A stretch of DNA of 64,000 nucleotides from Promethearchaeia archaeon (GCA_046483985.1 JAWOCD010000056.1:32780-96779); one strand, 5' to 3'; counted from the first letter of the stretch, positions 1-10,841 are shown. A program made the numbers and translations. Notes: generated from the sequence alone by a model not told the origin.

Positions 1-2085
1 TTATGGGAAACTCAAGGATTTATGTATGGAGATAATATCTCCACTCATCTTGATGTTTCCTATAATGGTAATGCCCCTAATCCGGGGAATACAAAGGCAA
101 ATGTTTCATTATTTTTTCCGAACGGGAGTCTTTACTCGGGAAAGGATTTATTTTCTACTGAGGGGTATACAGACGAGGAGAAAACTAATCTTATCTACAA
201 TTTTTCCGATAACACCATTCTTAATGTAACTGAGAATATCCCAGAACCAGGGAGATATTATTTGGGATTTTTTTGGACTAACGGCTCAATGGTAGAATGT
301 AGAAAGAAAGAAATTTACATTGATTCCTATGACGTAACGGATATGGACTTAGACTATGTTTCGAAGCTTGAATCTAATGTTTTTTCAGCTAATCTTGATA
401 GACCTTCAGAAGACATCCCCCACAATATATTGCTTGCCACAGTAAATGAAACAACAGGAAATTATCGCCCCGATCATTATCCTATTGATATTTCTGAAAT
501 AGATGAACAATACGAGTGGGATAATTTGCCTATACGATTAAAATCCTTTAAACAAAACGAGAGTGTTCTTAATCCCGAGGAGAAAATTAATTATCAAATT
601 GAGATGCAAAACCAAGATACGTTGCTTGATGGACTTAACATTAAAGTTAAAGTAAAATTAGTTTCTCTCTTAAATGACGAATGGATTATTGCAGAAAACA
701 CATCTGAATCCAAATATTTGAAAATGTTTGGAAGTGAAAATAATGGTGATACAGGCGTTTTTGATGTAAATCTGACAATGCCCGAATTGGAAAGTGATAA
801 TATATGGAAAGGTGTAAATGCGCCCGTAAGAAAGGGAGGCGCAAAAACAGAGGTCGAATTTTACATTGAAGGCAATAATGCGGGTGAATATACTTGTGAT
901 CAACGGGCTGTCATAATCAATGAAACCGATGATGCTTTTGAAGGAGAGATTATTGGGTTGGAAACAATAGATGATACAACAGATGACCCAATTACGAAGC
1001 AAATAAACAGAGAGGATTGTCAATATAAACCAAATAAAACCACGATCATAACCAATATTTATGACAATAATTATATGAGTAGCTATAACCAACTTAAAGA
1101 AGAATTTGATTTAAAATCTCTTAGTGAATTCGAAAACGATTCGGTCACTCCTCAAACACCATTAAATGGAAAAACTTTCAATGTGAGTGCTAATTTATTG
1201 AGAGAGTTCGGAGAACCCATTAGCGGGGAAGAGGTATATTGTCAACAATATGTGAATGGTTCGTGGGTGAATATTACGGATCCCTTAAATAGCAGTGATG
1301 ACGGTTCTGCAATGTTTAAAATTAATACAAAAGAACTCTATGTGGAAGAAGAATTGACCTTGAGATTTAAATGGGAAGGAAATGAAGATATTTTTGAGAA
1401 TACTCTAAATTTTACGGTAGATATCGCAATTGAAGAGAATAAACTGGCAATATCTCTCTCTCGAGAAAACAATTTAGTGTACAGAAAAAAAGACGCCATT
1501 TTTCAATTCATAATAAGAAATGTAGGTAACTCAACTGTAGCAATCAATAAGATAGAGATATTCATAAGCGATGATTTACCCTATTCAATTGTTGAAAATA
1601 ATTATATCAAACAAGAAAACCTCCGACCAAGCGAAAGTATCTCGTTAAAAATTAAAGTGGAAATTCCAAATCGAAAGTCTGATCTTTTAAATATTAGTAT
1701 TAAAACTACAGCTACGAACCCTATATCTAATGAAGTGATCTCCCAAGAGAGTAGGAATACCTTTACGGTTTTAGATTATCCCATATCTAATTATTTTGTG
1801 GTATATTCAACCCTATTTATTATTCTGATGTTGGCATCGATTTGGGCAGGTGCCCTAATGTATCGAAGAAAAATTAAAAGAAAAATTGAAGGACCCGTTA
1901 AAAAAGAAGAAAAAGAAGAAGAACAAGAACCCGAAGAAAAACCAGAAGGCTACAAAAAAGTCGACGAAATGAAAGAGGAAGGGGAGTCGGAAGGGAAAAG
2001 TCTAGATACCGTATTGGAAGAGGAGGAACTTTTACGGGAAAAAGAGAATAAACAGAAAAAGAAAAAATCTAAAAACGCCAAATAA
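1..2085 (+). CDS. Large membrane-anchored cell-surface protein (5-prime partial), Ig/CARDB-like beta-rich domains, C-terminal TM helix and charged tail
   Basis: Frame is open from base 1; many N-x-S/T sequons; TM segment FVVYSTLFIILMLASIWAGALMY followed by RRKIKRK and an E/K-rich tail. Confidence 0.8.
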   Translation, partial: LWETQGFMYGDNISTHLDVSYNGNAPNPGNTKANVSLFFPNGSLYSGKDLFSTEGYTDEEKTNLIYNFSDNTILNVTENIPEPGRYYLGFFWTNGSMVECRKKEIYIDSYDVTDMDLDYVSKLESNVFSANLDRPSEDIPHNILLATVNETTGNYRPDHYPIDISEIDEQYEWDNLPIRLKSFKQNESVLNPEEKINYQIEMQNQDTLLDGLNIKVKVKLVSLLNDEWIIAENTSESKYLKMFGSENNGDTGVFDVNLTMPELESDNIWKGVNAPVRKGGAKTEVEFYIEGNNAGEYTCDQRAVIINETDDAFEGEIIGLETIDDTTDDPITKQINREDCQYKPNKTTIITNIYDNNYMSSYNQLKEEFDLKSLSEFENDSVTPQTPLNGKTFNVSANLLREFGEPISGEEVYCQQYVNGSWVNITDPLNSSDDGSAMFKINTKELYVEEELTLRFKWEGNEDIFENTLNFTVDIAIEENKLAISLSRENNLVYRKKDAIFQFIIRNVGNSTVAINKIEIFISDDLPYSIVENNYIKQENLRPSESISLKIKVEIPNRKSDLLNISIKTTATNPISNEVISQESRNTFTVLDYPISNYFVVYSTLFIILMLASIWAGALMYRRKIKRKIEGPVKKEEKEEEQEPEEKPEGYKKVDEMKEEGESEGKSLDTVLEEEELLREKENKQKKKKSKNAK

Positions 2086-2222
2086 GCATTAGATCTCTTT
2101 TGAGATTACTTTTTTTAATTTCAAAACACTTTTACTTTATTTATTTTCTTTCGAAAGTAAATCTCAGAATTTTTGAATTAAACGATGGACAAGTGTGAAA
2201 TGAAAAAAAGAGAAAATATGAA

Positions 2223-2573
2223 TTAAGAATTTGCAATTGCATTTAATCTTCTTTTTAAGAGAGTTGCTGACGATTTACCGTCAACTCCCAACAGAGCAAT
2301 AAAAATCTTCTCGTCGGTGTTTATTAATATAGCAAAACCGCCATTGTATTCAAATACTGCATTTTTCATTACGCCCTTTTCCACTCTCCCACCTAAATTA
2401 CTTGAACTGTTGATTAATGAAACAGCTGCTTTTGCAATTCCTTCTAAATCACGTTCTACAAGAGTTTGTCCCACTAAAACTTGACCCTCCTTATCGGATA
2501 CGATTAAACCTTCACATTCGGAAAGGTTACTCATAAGTTCGGCAAGTCTCTGTTCGAGTTCTGCTTGATCCAT
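2223..2573 (-). CDS. Roadblock/LC7 (MglB/LAMTOR-like) domain protein
   Basis: 116 aa; EGLIVSDKEGQVL strand motif and helix-strand pattern of the roadblock fold; GGAG RBS-like motif upstream. Confidence 0.8.
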   Translation of the reverse strand: MDQAELEQRLAELMSNLSECEGLIVSDKEGQVLVGQTLVERDLEGIAKAAVSLINSSSNLGGRVEKGVMKNAVFEYNGGFAILINTDEKIFIALLGVDGKSSATLLKRRLNAIANS

Positions 2574-2777
2574 TTATTATAGCTCCTTTAATTTTAATTT
2601 ATTAATAATTATATTTATTGTTAAAAACTTATAATACATTTATTCTAAATTCAATTTAAAATTTTTTAGTTCGGGATGATTTGACCCCCCAGAAATGTGA
2701 GTCTCAGAAATTTTATAGAAAGAAAAAGTAATGTATAAGAAAAGACATATAAAGACATATTTTAAGAAATTGAGATC

Positions 2778-3065
2778 TTACTTCAAAATGATTAGGATTA
2801 AGTTCTCCTCAAGGGCAACCATAATTTCGCCTTTTGAGGTTTCCAAGCGAATAAATTGTAACCCTCCTTCTTTTAAGGCTTTAACTACTTGTTTAGACTT
2901 CCCGATTAGGGATGTAATATATGCAGACGCTTCTTCTGTTTTTTCATTTTCCAGATTTGATTTAATTGGAAGACCACTTGAATCACAGATAATTACCCCC
3001 CTTATTCCTTCCTTCTGCTCAAAGCGTCTAATAATCGCATTAACTTCATTGATATCAATCATCAT
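2778..3065 (-). CDS. Roadblock/LC7 protein resembling dynein light chain roadblock
   Basis: EVNAIIRRFEQKEGIRGVIICDSSGLPIKS...LQFIRLETSKGEIMVA parallels DYNLRB EVEETLKR...GVQGIIVVNTEGIPIKS...LTFLRIRSKKNEIMVA. Confidence 0.85.
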   Translation of the reverse strand: MMIDINEVNAIIRRFEQKEGIRGVIICDSSGLPIKSNLENEKTEEASAYITSLIGKSKQVVKALKEGGLQFIRLETSKGEIMVALEENLILIILK

Positions 3066-3302
3066 TTACACCTATATTTAAGATTTTTAGAAAAGATTCT
3101 AAATTACTAATTTATTATAATTATTTTGATATATATATTATTGAATTATTACCTTAAAATATTAATGATTAGCTTAGAACTATTTCTCACATTAATAAGA
3201 ACATAATAGCACTATATCCAGATATTATCACCTTTAAAAATACATTTTCACTTACTTTTTAATAATAGAATATTGTGATCATATCCTAAAAATATAACAT
3301 AG

Positions 3303-4460
3303 TTGAGGAAAATTGTGATTCAGTCTACTAATTCCATTGACCCCACCACCGGTAAGGTGCAAAAAGAAGATCTAGGGAAAAATGTACGTTCGTCAGCTAA
3401 ATCGCTACAAAATTATTGGAAATCAAATGAATATAGCACACTTCTGAATAGTAAAGAATTGAAAAAAGCAGCGAAACGCAATATTTGGCAGGTAAAAGTA
3501 AAACAAATGCTTCATAGATTTACGGAAAATATGGAAGAATTAAATCAGGTGATAAAGTTTAAAATGAGTGGGAAAGTTCTTAACTCCTCAACTTATCTCT
3601 TAAAAAATAAGACACATTCAATTATTAACTCCTCAGAGGAAACCCAAGAAGAAATAGATAAAGCGCAGCAAATTGAAAAGCACCAAGAACTAGAAAATGA
3701 AAATGAAATCGATGGACTTAATAATGAACAGAGGAGATATGAGAATGAAGGTATTGGGAGAGAAGATGAAATGCCTCTCAATGCTGAAGAATTTGATGAT
3801 TCTGAAATTTTTGAAGCATTTGAAGAGCTTAAAGAGAAAGACTTATTAGATGACGAACAAATTAAAGAGTTCAATGAGGCGAAAGTAGAGCATATCCTTA
3901 ATTTAGATCCAAAAAAGCTTACCGAAAAAATTGAAAATTCTAAAAAATTAATTGATCCACCTCCGAAATTTATTTATAAAAAGGTGCAATTTCATGACCT
4001 TGCTAATGCATTAAGTGAAGTGCTGAATGAGCCAAAAGAAAAGAAAAGCAAAAAAGCAAAAAAGAAAGAAAAGAATATTGATAAAGCAAAGGTTCCGTTT
4101 CTTCCAGATAATTTTATCTCTAAAGCAGAGAACAAACGGCAAAATTTTGAAGCGCAAATAGATGATCTTTATCGGCATTTAAAGCGACAGTTTACAGGAG
4201 AGCCAATCGGATTTTTGCAGTTGATAAAGGAGACGAACCAAGAGATAAACGTAAAAGCAATTGTTGACACATTGCTCATCGTGTTGCATCTCATAAATCA
4301 TCAAAAAGTAGAATTATGGAAGTCATATATCAAGGAGAACAACGAGCTCAAAGAACGGACCTCAGAAGATAACGGCTCTAACATCTATTTGAGCCCTCAA
4401 TCTCAAAAAACCCAAGAAACTGAAAAAAAGAGAGATGGAAATGGTTCCTGTAAGAACTAA
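3303..4460 (+). CDS. scpA: Kleisin, ScpA-like (segregation/condensation protein A)
   Basis: N-terminal NIWQVKV...FKMSGKVLNSSTYLLKNK, central KVQFHDLANAL, C-terminal wHTH IGFLQL...IVDTLLIVLHLINHQKVEL match ScpA motifs. Confidence 0.65.
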   Translation: MRKIVIQSTNSIDPTTGKVQKEDLGKNVRSSAKSLQNYWKSNEYSTLLNSKELKKAAKRNIWQVKVKQMLHRFTENMEELNQVIKFKMSGKVLNSSTYLLKNKTHSIINSSEETQEEIDKAQQIEKHQELENENEIDGLNNEQRRYENEGIGREDEMPLNAEEFDDSEIFEAFEELKEKDLLDDEQIKEFNEAKVEHILNLDPKKLTEKIENSKKLIDPPPKFIYKKVQFHDLANALSEVLNEPKEKKSKKAKKKEKNIDKAKVPFLPDNFISKAENKRQNFEAQIDDLYRHLKRQFTGEPIGFLQLIKETNQEINVKAIVDTLLIVLHLINHQKVELWKSYIKENNELKERTSEDNGSNIYLSPQSQKTQETEKKRDGNGSCKN

Positions 4461-5089
4461 AGAAAGTAGTTGCGATAAAAATTATATTCTTTTTCGAACC
4501 CCAATGTTGTTTTTCCCATATGTCCAGGGAGAAGAATCGTATCATTTGAGAAGATCGAGTTATGGACGATTTTATCTCGAATACTTGAAAAGAGCTGCTT
4601 TTTATTGCCCCCCTCAAAATCAGTCCTTCCGATGCTGCGGCGAAAAAGAAGATCCCCCGTGAATACAATCGCATCCGTTGATTCTCCCTTATATTGATGG
4701 ACATCAGTCATGTAATAACTGAGACTTCCAGGGGTATGCCCTGGCGTTTCTAAAACATGAAAAGTATATTCCCCCGCTTTAATCTTATCTCCCTCTTTTA
4801 ACCACCTGTCCGCTTTTATTACATTGTATATTCCAGAGTCAAATTCCTTTCTATTATACATTAAAGGAATCTCGTAATGGTCCCTTATTGTCTTAACCGC
4901 AGAAGTATGATCGTTATGGGCATGAGTTAGTAAGATGGCAATTGGTTTCGCATTCAAATCTTCGACTTGCTTTTTTATTCTATCTTGATTTGCCCCGGGA
5001 TCGATGATCACTAAATCAGAAGTTTTCTCAGAACCAAACAAATAACAATTAGTTCCTAGAGCGCCGACAACAAGTTTTTTTAGAATCAT
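4457..5089 (-). CDS. MBL-fold metallo-hydrolase (glyoxalase II-like)
   Basis: THAHNDH, TPGHTPGS, FTGDLLF, GRTD and PGH motifs. Confidence 0.92.
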   Translation of the reverse strand: MILKKLVVGALGTNCYLFGSEKTSDLVIIDPGANQDRIKKQVEDLNAKPIAILLTHAHNDHTSAVKTIRDHYEIPLMYNRKEFDSGIYNVIKADRWLKEGDKIKAGEYTFHVLETPGHTPGSLSYYMTDVHQYKGESTDAIVFTGDLLFRRSIGRTDFEGGNKKQLFSSIRDKIVHNSIFSNDTILLPGHMGKTTLGFEKEYNFYRNYFL

Positions 5090-5511
5090 TTCATGCAGAT
5101 TTATAATTTTAGTTAAAGATCGAATAAGATCCTAAATGATTGAAAGAATTAAAAAAATTCGAAAAAAAATATCGGCATTGAGTTTTCGAATCGCTCAAGC
5201 AAAAACTCTTTACTAGTGCGAAAAATTTTTACCGTGAAATTTCAATAAAATTTTCTTTCATTTATCAAGGAAATATGGTGGCATCGTACGTCTTTTATAT
5301 TCCAAAGCCTTAACAATTTCAATTCAAATAAAATCCATCTTCAAATTTATTACCAATGGGAAAAGCTTACGAAGAAGAATAAAAAGAACTTAAACGAGCT
5401 ATCCTTGATGCAAAGAGGAATAAACAAATAAATGATAATTTAGATACTCTGATTACAAAATATGTGAAAAAAGTAAAATTAATTTTTTATGCGACTTTTT
5501 CTTAATTACCG

Positions 5512-6252
5512 TTGAGGTTAAATAAGCGGTATTTTGAATATTCAAAAGGAAAAGTGCCCTTTATTTTATCTTGTCCGCATGGAGGATATAAAAAACCGAA
5601 TCATATACCCGATAAATTAAATGGATTTAAAGTCCCAGATGAGAACACTTATCTTATTGCTAAACATATAGTACAGAGGTTACAAGAAAAAAATATTCAA
5701 CCTTATTATATATTATGCAAGATTCACCGATGTAAAGTCGATTTAAATCGACCCACACGGTTTCAATCTGCTTTCAATCAAGATTGTGAAAGAGCCAAGG
5801 AAATGCATGAATATTATCACAACAAGTTGAATGAATATGCAAGTGAATGCATAGAAAAATATGGATATTGTCTGGTTATTGATATTCATGGATTTACAAA
5901 GCCCATGGATAAATATCCCGATATTATTTTTGGGCATGTCTTTAGCAACACCTTAAATGTGATCCGAGATATGGAAAAGGAAGACTGCAACAAATATTGG
6001 GGGTGTCGGGATTTAACATTAGAATTAAAAAAACACTTTTCTTTAGATAATGGGTTAGAAATAACCGATTTTAATTTATCCTATTCTGGGGGATATATTA
6101 CCTATCAATTCTATCAGCGGGAAAATGTGAGTGCAATTCAATTGGAAATTGCTAAATATATCCGCCAAAAGGTTGAATTAACAAACACATTTATTGAACG
6201 TTTTATAATTGCCATAGAAAAGATTTTAAATGACGATGTAGGCAATAAATAA
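5512..6252 (+). CDS. N-formylglutamate amidohydrolase family protein
   Basis: SCPHGG, VDLNR, IDIHG, YSGGYIT and IQLEI motifs. Confidence 0.85.
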   Translation: MRLNKRYFEYSKGKVPFILSCPHGGYKKPNHIPDKLNGFKVPDENTYLIAKHIVQRLQEKNIQPYYILCKIHRCKVDLNRPTRFQSAFNQDCERAKEMHEYYHNKLNEYASECIEKYGYCLVIDIHGFTKPMDKYPDIIFGHVFSNTLNVIRDMEKEDCNKYWGCRDLTLELKKHFSLDNGLEITDFNLSYSGGYITYQFYQRENVSAIQLEIAKYIRQKVELTNTFIERFIIAIEKILNDDVGNK

Positions 6253-6357
6253 AGGTAAATTTTATAAAACTTATTTATTAGGGATGACTAATTATAACAA
6301 CTAATTAAGTTAGTTAGAGCAAATTAGAGTTCTCTGTTTGTTTTGGTGTGAGTTAAA

Positions 6358-7266
6358 TTGGAAGACGAGGTAATTAAATCGGATATCACCATCTTGGGTC
6401 ATATCGCAAAAGATATCATAGAAATTGATGGAGAAGCCCAAGAAGAAATCGGGGGCTCAGTTTATTATGGGGGGATTGCGGGAGCTCATATGGGACTAAA
6501 AGTGTTTGTGATCACCCGCTTAAAAAAAGAGGATTTTGAAATCTTGGAGGATTTCGATAAATACGGGATTAAATATCGGGCATCCCCTTCAAAAGGTACA
6601 TCAGGGATCAAAAATATCTATAATTCGTCAAACCTCGAGGAAAGAGAGTGTTATCCTATTGATTTTGCCGGGAAATTCCTCGAAAATGAGATTCCCAAGA
6701 ATTTAGAAACCAATTATTTTATAATCGGTCCCATTTTGGCGGGAGAGGTTGATATTGAGTTAGTGAAATACCTTGGGCAGAACTACAAGAATAAACTTTG
6801 CCTTGATATCCAAGGATTCGTGAGAGTACGGCAAGGAGATAAAATAGTTTTCCAGTCATTACCAGAGGACCAAAAACAAGACATTTTATCGTATATCACC
6901 ATCCTAAAAACGGATAAAGCAGAAATTGAAGCGCTGACTGGGAAAAGTAATTTATATGACGCAGCTCAAGAATTAAGTCATTATGGTCCAAATGAAATTT
7001 TAATCACCCATAGAAAGGGAATTTCCGTTTACACGAATGAACAGCGTTTTTTCTTTCCGTGGAGTTGTGAACCAAAGGGACGAGCAAGAACTGGACGAGG
7101 AGATACATCATTCATCAGCTACGTGGGGTCACGAATAGAAAAATCACCTAAAGAGGCCTTGAAATTTGCTGCTGTCTTGACCTCTCTTAAGTTGGAAATC
7201 CCCGGACCGTTCACGTTACCATTGTATCATGTTCATGAAAAGATGTCAGAAGTGGAGGGTCAATAA
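6358..7266 (+). CDS. PfkB-family carbohydrate kinase
   Basis: GHIAKD, GGSVYY, LDIQG and anion-hole TGRGDT motif. Confidence 0.85.
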   Translation: MEDEVIKSDITILGHIAKDIIEIDGEAQEEIGGSVYYGGIAGAHMGLKVFVITRLKKEDFEILEDFDKYGIKYRASPSKGTSGIKNIYNSSNLEERECYPIDFAGKFLENEIPKNLETNYFIIGPILAGEVDIELVKYLGQNYKNKLCLDIQGFVRVRQGDKIVFQSLPEDQKQDILSYITILKTDKAEIEALTGKSNLYDAAQELSHYGPNEILITHRKGISVYTNEQRFFFPWSCEPKGRARTGRGDTSFISYVGSRIEKSPKEALKFAAVLTSLKLEIPGPFTLPLYHVHEKMSEVEGQ

Positions 7267-8030
7267 TGCGTATAGGCGGATTTATCGATATATCAACTAA
7301 AGATATTCCCCATCGTGCCACGATGGTTATATTCACGGTCGGTTGTAACTACAAATGCGGATACTGTCATAATAAACACCTTTTAAACCCAGATGCGGGA
7401 CAAGACTATAGTATTACTCAAATAATCAAACGAGTAACCTCTAATCGTTTAGTAAGCGGAGTAAGTGTCACGGGAGGTGAGCCCACACTTCAAAAGGATA
7501 TAATAGAGGCGTGTAAAGAGCTATCACAGTTGGATAAATATGTAAGCGTAGATTCAAACGGCTCCCGTCCGGAAGTTCTTAAATCTTTGCTCCCTTATCT
7601 TAACAGAGTCGCTTTAGACGTAAAGGGACCTTATAAAAGCGAAAGTCTTCGTGAGATAACAAATGCGAATATCGATCCCGCCATACTGAAAAAATCTTTC
7701 TCTTTAATAAATAGAGAGAAAACGATTGATTTCGAAATTAGAACAACTTATGAACCCAACTTGCTCCAACAAGAAGATATCCATGAGATATTGGACTTTC
7801 TCCAAGATAAAAAATTTAGAGGAAAATTTGTGTTACAACAATATCAATATAATGAGGGTGTCCAAGAAAAGTTTGAAGATATATACGAAAAGCCACCTCA
7901 TTATGGATTAGTTAAAATATTAGAGCCTTATGCCCGGAAGAACCTAAATTTTGAGATTTACTTGCGGGATGAGGCTGTAGGATATGAGCATATAAATAAA
8001 TCTATAAATAAATTTGAGGATTTAAATTAA
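7266..8030 (+). CDS. nrdG: Radical SAM glycyl-radical activase, anaerobic ribonucleotide reductase activating protein-like
   Basis: GCNYKCGYCHN, TGGEPTLQ, DSNGS, ALDVKG and EIRTT motifs. Confidence 0.75.
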   Translation: MRIGGFIDISTKDIPHRATMVIFTVGCNYKCGYCHNKHLLNPDAGQDYSITQIIKRVTSNRLVSGVSVTGGEPTLQKDIIEACKELSQLDKYVSVDSNGSRPEVLKSLLPYLNRVALDVKGPYKSESLREITNANIDPAILKKSFSLINREKTIDFEIRTTYEPNLLQQEDIHEILDFLQDKKFRGKFVLQQYQYNEGVQEKFEDIYEKPPHYGLVKILEPYARKNLNFEIYLRDEAVGYEHINKSINKFEDLN

Positions 8031-8032
8031 AA

Positions 8033-9169
8033 ATGGATGAAAAAGAAGCATTAGAGGAGATTGATAGTTGTGTGGAATGTAAAGAATGCCTTAAAGTGTG
8101 CGATACCTATCAACTTACAGAAAATGACCTACAATCTCCATATGGGCGATTAAAAATCGCCAAAAAAGTGTTAAATGCCAAAGAAATATCGGAGGATGAA
8201 CGACTAGGTTTATACAGCTGTACCTTCTGCGGATTATGTGATTTAGCTTGCACGCAAGAGATCAGAATCACAGAAGTGATTCATCTGGCAAAGGCGAAAC
8301 TCTCGGAGACGAAGAAAGGGGTGTATGACATTCAAAATACAATTATAAACGGAATCTTAGAAAAAGATAATTCCGTGAACGGAGAACCCAAAGAGCGATT
8401 GGATTGGTTACCAGAAGAATCTAGGAAAACGGAGCGTTTTGATGAAAAGGAATCGGATACTCTTTTATTTTTGGGATGCATGTCATCATTTAAAGTAAAA
8501 GAAAGTGCAAATACCGCATATCGGTTGTTAAAACAAGCAGACTATGATTTTAAGATATTAAAAAATGAACCTTGTTGCGGTGAATATATCTACAGTGCCG
8601 GTAACATCGAAGAGGCTAAAAAATATTTCGAAAAAACTTATGGAATTCTTAAAAAAAACCATATTAAAACGATTATTGTTACGTGCGCTGGTTGTTTGTA
8701 TGCATTTAACAACGTTTATCCCAAATATTTTGACGATTGGGATATCGAGGTGAGGCATATTGTACAAGTGTTATATGAACTCGAACAGAAAGGGAAGTTA
8801 AAATTTAAAGATCTCAACCAGAATATCACGCTGCATGATGCCTGTCGGATGGGAAGAAAGATCAAGGGAATGGATATATATAAAGAGCCTCGAGAGCTAC
8901 TGGCTAAAACAAATGCCGTGATTAATGAACTATCCCATGTGAAAGAAAACTCTCATTGCTGTGGGGCTGGTTCTGGAGTCAGAGGTATCAATAAAAAGCT
9001 TTGCATAAAGATTGGTTCACAAATTTTGGATGAAATGAACACAGAAGTTCTTATCTCCTCTTGTCCGTTATGTGTTTTCAATTTTCGATATGTGAATTAT
9101 AAAACCGAAGACAACAAGAAGTTCCAATATATTACCGACTTTCTATTAAGTGCTGTTGAAGATGTCTAA
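8033..9169 (+). CDS. Fe-S oxidoreductase, GlpC/HdrD-like (4Fe-4S dicluster plus two CCG domains)
   Basis: CxxCxxCxxxC twice; GC, CCG, TCAGC, HDAC, CCGAG and SCPLC motifs. Confidence 0.9.
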   Translation: MDEKEALEEIDSCVECKECLKVCDTYQLTENDLQSPYGRLKIAKKVLNAKEISEDERLGLYSCTFCGLCDLACTQEIRITEVIHLAKAKLSETKKGVYDIQNTIINGILEKDNSVNGEPKERLDWLPEESRKTERFDEKESDTLLFLGCMSSFKVKESANTAYRLLKQADYDFKILKNEPCCGEYIYSAGNIEEAKKYFEKTYGILKKNHIKTIIVTCAGCLYAFNNVYPKYFDDWDIEVRHIVQVLYELEQKGKLKFKDLNQNITLHDACRMGRKIKGMDIYKEPRELLAKTNAVINELSHVKENSHCCGAGSGVRGINKKLCIKIGSQILDEMNTEVLISSCPLCVFNFRYVNYKTEDNKKFQYITDFLLSAVEDV

Positions 9170-9249
9170 TTATGGACCCCAAAAATAATTAAAAAACGAT
9201 AAAAAAAGAAAAAAGAAGAATCTTCTTATTTTTTAATTTTTGCTAAATT

Positions 9250-10779
9250 TTATTCGTTATCTTTTAATTCGAGGTACTTTAAAAATGCTCGTACACCATT
9301 TTCCATAGCACACCGGATATTTCTGCTTCGCCAGTCATCTCCAATATCATCACATGGTCTTCGTTCTTTATTAATTATTTCAAGATTATCTCTGTCTGTA
9401 TGGTAGTAAGCGAGATAATCAGGGTAACGAATTCCTTCTATTGAAGTTGCCTTTAATCCTCCTCTTACTAACCCTGCTCCATCCGTACCCCCTGCAATTC
9501 CAGGCATTTCGCCCATTTTTATTTCAAATCCTAATTCCTTACAAGCTTTTGCTAATAAATTATAAACTTCGGGGCTTAAATCAGTTCGTGTGGTGTTTTC
9601 ACGAGTATATATCCGGATAAATCTGGCAATAGTTAAAGACTCAAAATTAATACAAGTGGTATCAATTTGATTATATTCCTCTGCATGTCTTTTTGCAAAT
9701 GCCTCTGATCCCCTCAGTCCCACCTCTTCGCAGCCCATGATGGCGATAACGACTTCTGTATTGTCTGGAACTAAATCAGAATTTTGCTCTTTCCAATCAT
9801 CTAAAATTTTTGCAATACACATACAAGGCGCTACAGCAGTTAAATTATCTACAGCACCCGGAGTTGCTTTCTTACTAACAAAAAAGAAGAGCGTTCCAAA
9901 GGATGGAATAGAGAGCATGAATAAAAATTGAGCGGTTTTTACTAAGGTAGGATTTACAAATATATAATTCCAAAACAAGATATCAATGAGAATGGTATAA
10001 GCGGTAATCGCTAGAATTACTATAACGGCCAAGATATCGAAGTTTTTAAAGGCACCAAAAAAGACTTTTTCACTCTTCCCAATTACAAGGAAAAATACGG
10101 CAAATAAAATTGGCACTGCCATAATAAGGACATTTACAATCAAAGTAAGGATTGTTAATTCTCCAAGGATACTGTAAATAAATTGCAGTATATATAATAC
10201 CAAGAATTCTACAAGAGTGACAATCCCTCCGATTAAAAAATATGCATAACCTTGGCGAAGATATTGAATTAAGTTAAACCGGAACGCAGAATCGATATGG
10301 CCGCTCGCTACCACTCTTTTCTTAACTTCTCCCTTGGGTTTAATAACTCCCACCACATTTTGCGACGTTTTCTTTTCATAGGGAAAAATTTTTGGAGTCC
10401 ATTCCTTATAAGATAAAAATTGTTTGTAGATGATCAAGACAATAAATCCTGCAATTGCTAAGCAGATAATTGAGATGATTAATGGATTCAAATCACTGAG
10501 TAAAAAAATTAAAAAACTAAGCAGCCAAAACCCTAATGAAAGCCGTATCCATCCCAAAAACGCTCTGGGATAAGTTTCAAATTCCTCAATATCTACAGAA
10601 TCACAACGATCTTCTAATTCATTTGCACATAATTTCGCGGCTTCTCTCTCCGAGTCACTTGCCGGTGCACGGGGCCCAACTTCATCGATTATTTTTTTGA
10701 TTGTATTATACATGTAATCTGAGTTTTCATCTGAAATTTCGTATTTCTGAGCCGAGTCAGCATTGTTTTCTGTTGACAT
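9250..10779 (-). CDS. Membrane-embedded M28 family metallopeptidase
   Basis: GHIDS, GAVDN, CEEVGLRGS, GGTDG and YHT motifs with inserted TM helices. Confidence 0.85.
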   Translation of the reverse strand: MSTENNADSAQKYEISDENSDYMYNTIKKIIDEVGPRAPASDSEREAAKLCANELEDRCDSVDIEEFETYPRAFLGWIRLSLGFWLLSFLIFLLSDLNPLIISIICLAIAGFIVLIIYKQFLSYKEWTPKIFPYEKKTSQNVVGVIKPKGEVKKRVVASGHIDSAFRFNLIQYLRQGYAYFLIGGIVTLVEFLVLYILQFIYSILGELTILTLIVNVLIMAVPILFAVFFLVIGKSEKVFFGAFKNFDILAVIVILAITAYTILIDILFWNYIFVNPTLVKTAQFLFMLSIPSFGTLFFFVSKKATPGAVDNLTAVAPCMCIAKILDDWKEQNSDLVPDNTEVVIAIMGCEEVGLRGSEAFAKRHAEEYNQIDTTCINFESLTIARFIRIYTRENTTRTDLSPEVYNLLAKACKELGFEIKMGEMPGIAGGTDGAGLVRGGLKATSIEGIRYPDYLAYYHTDRDNLEIINKERRPCDDIGDDWRSRNIRCAMENGVRAFLKYLELKDNE

Positions 10780-10841
10780 AATATTAGTTCAACCTTAGAT
10801 TATAAAAACTTTGATTATGTTTAAGTTCTTCACTTTTAAAT

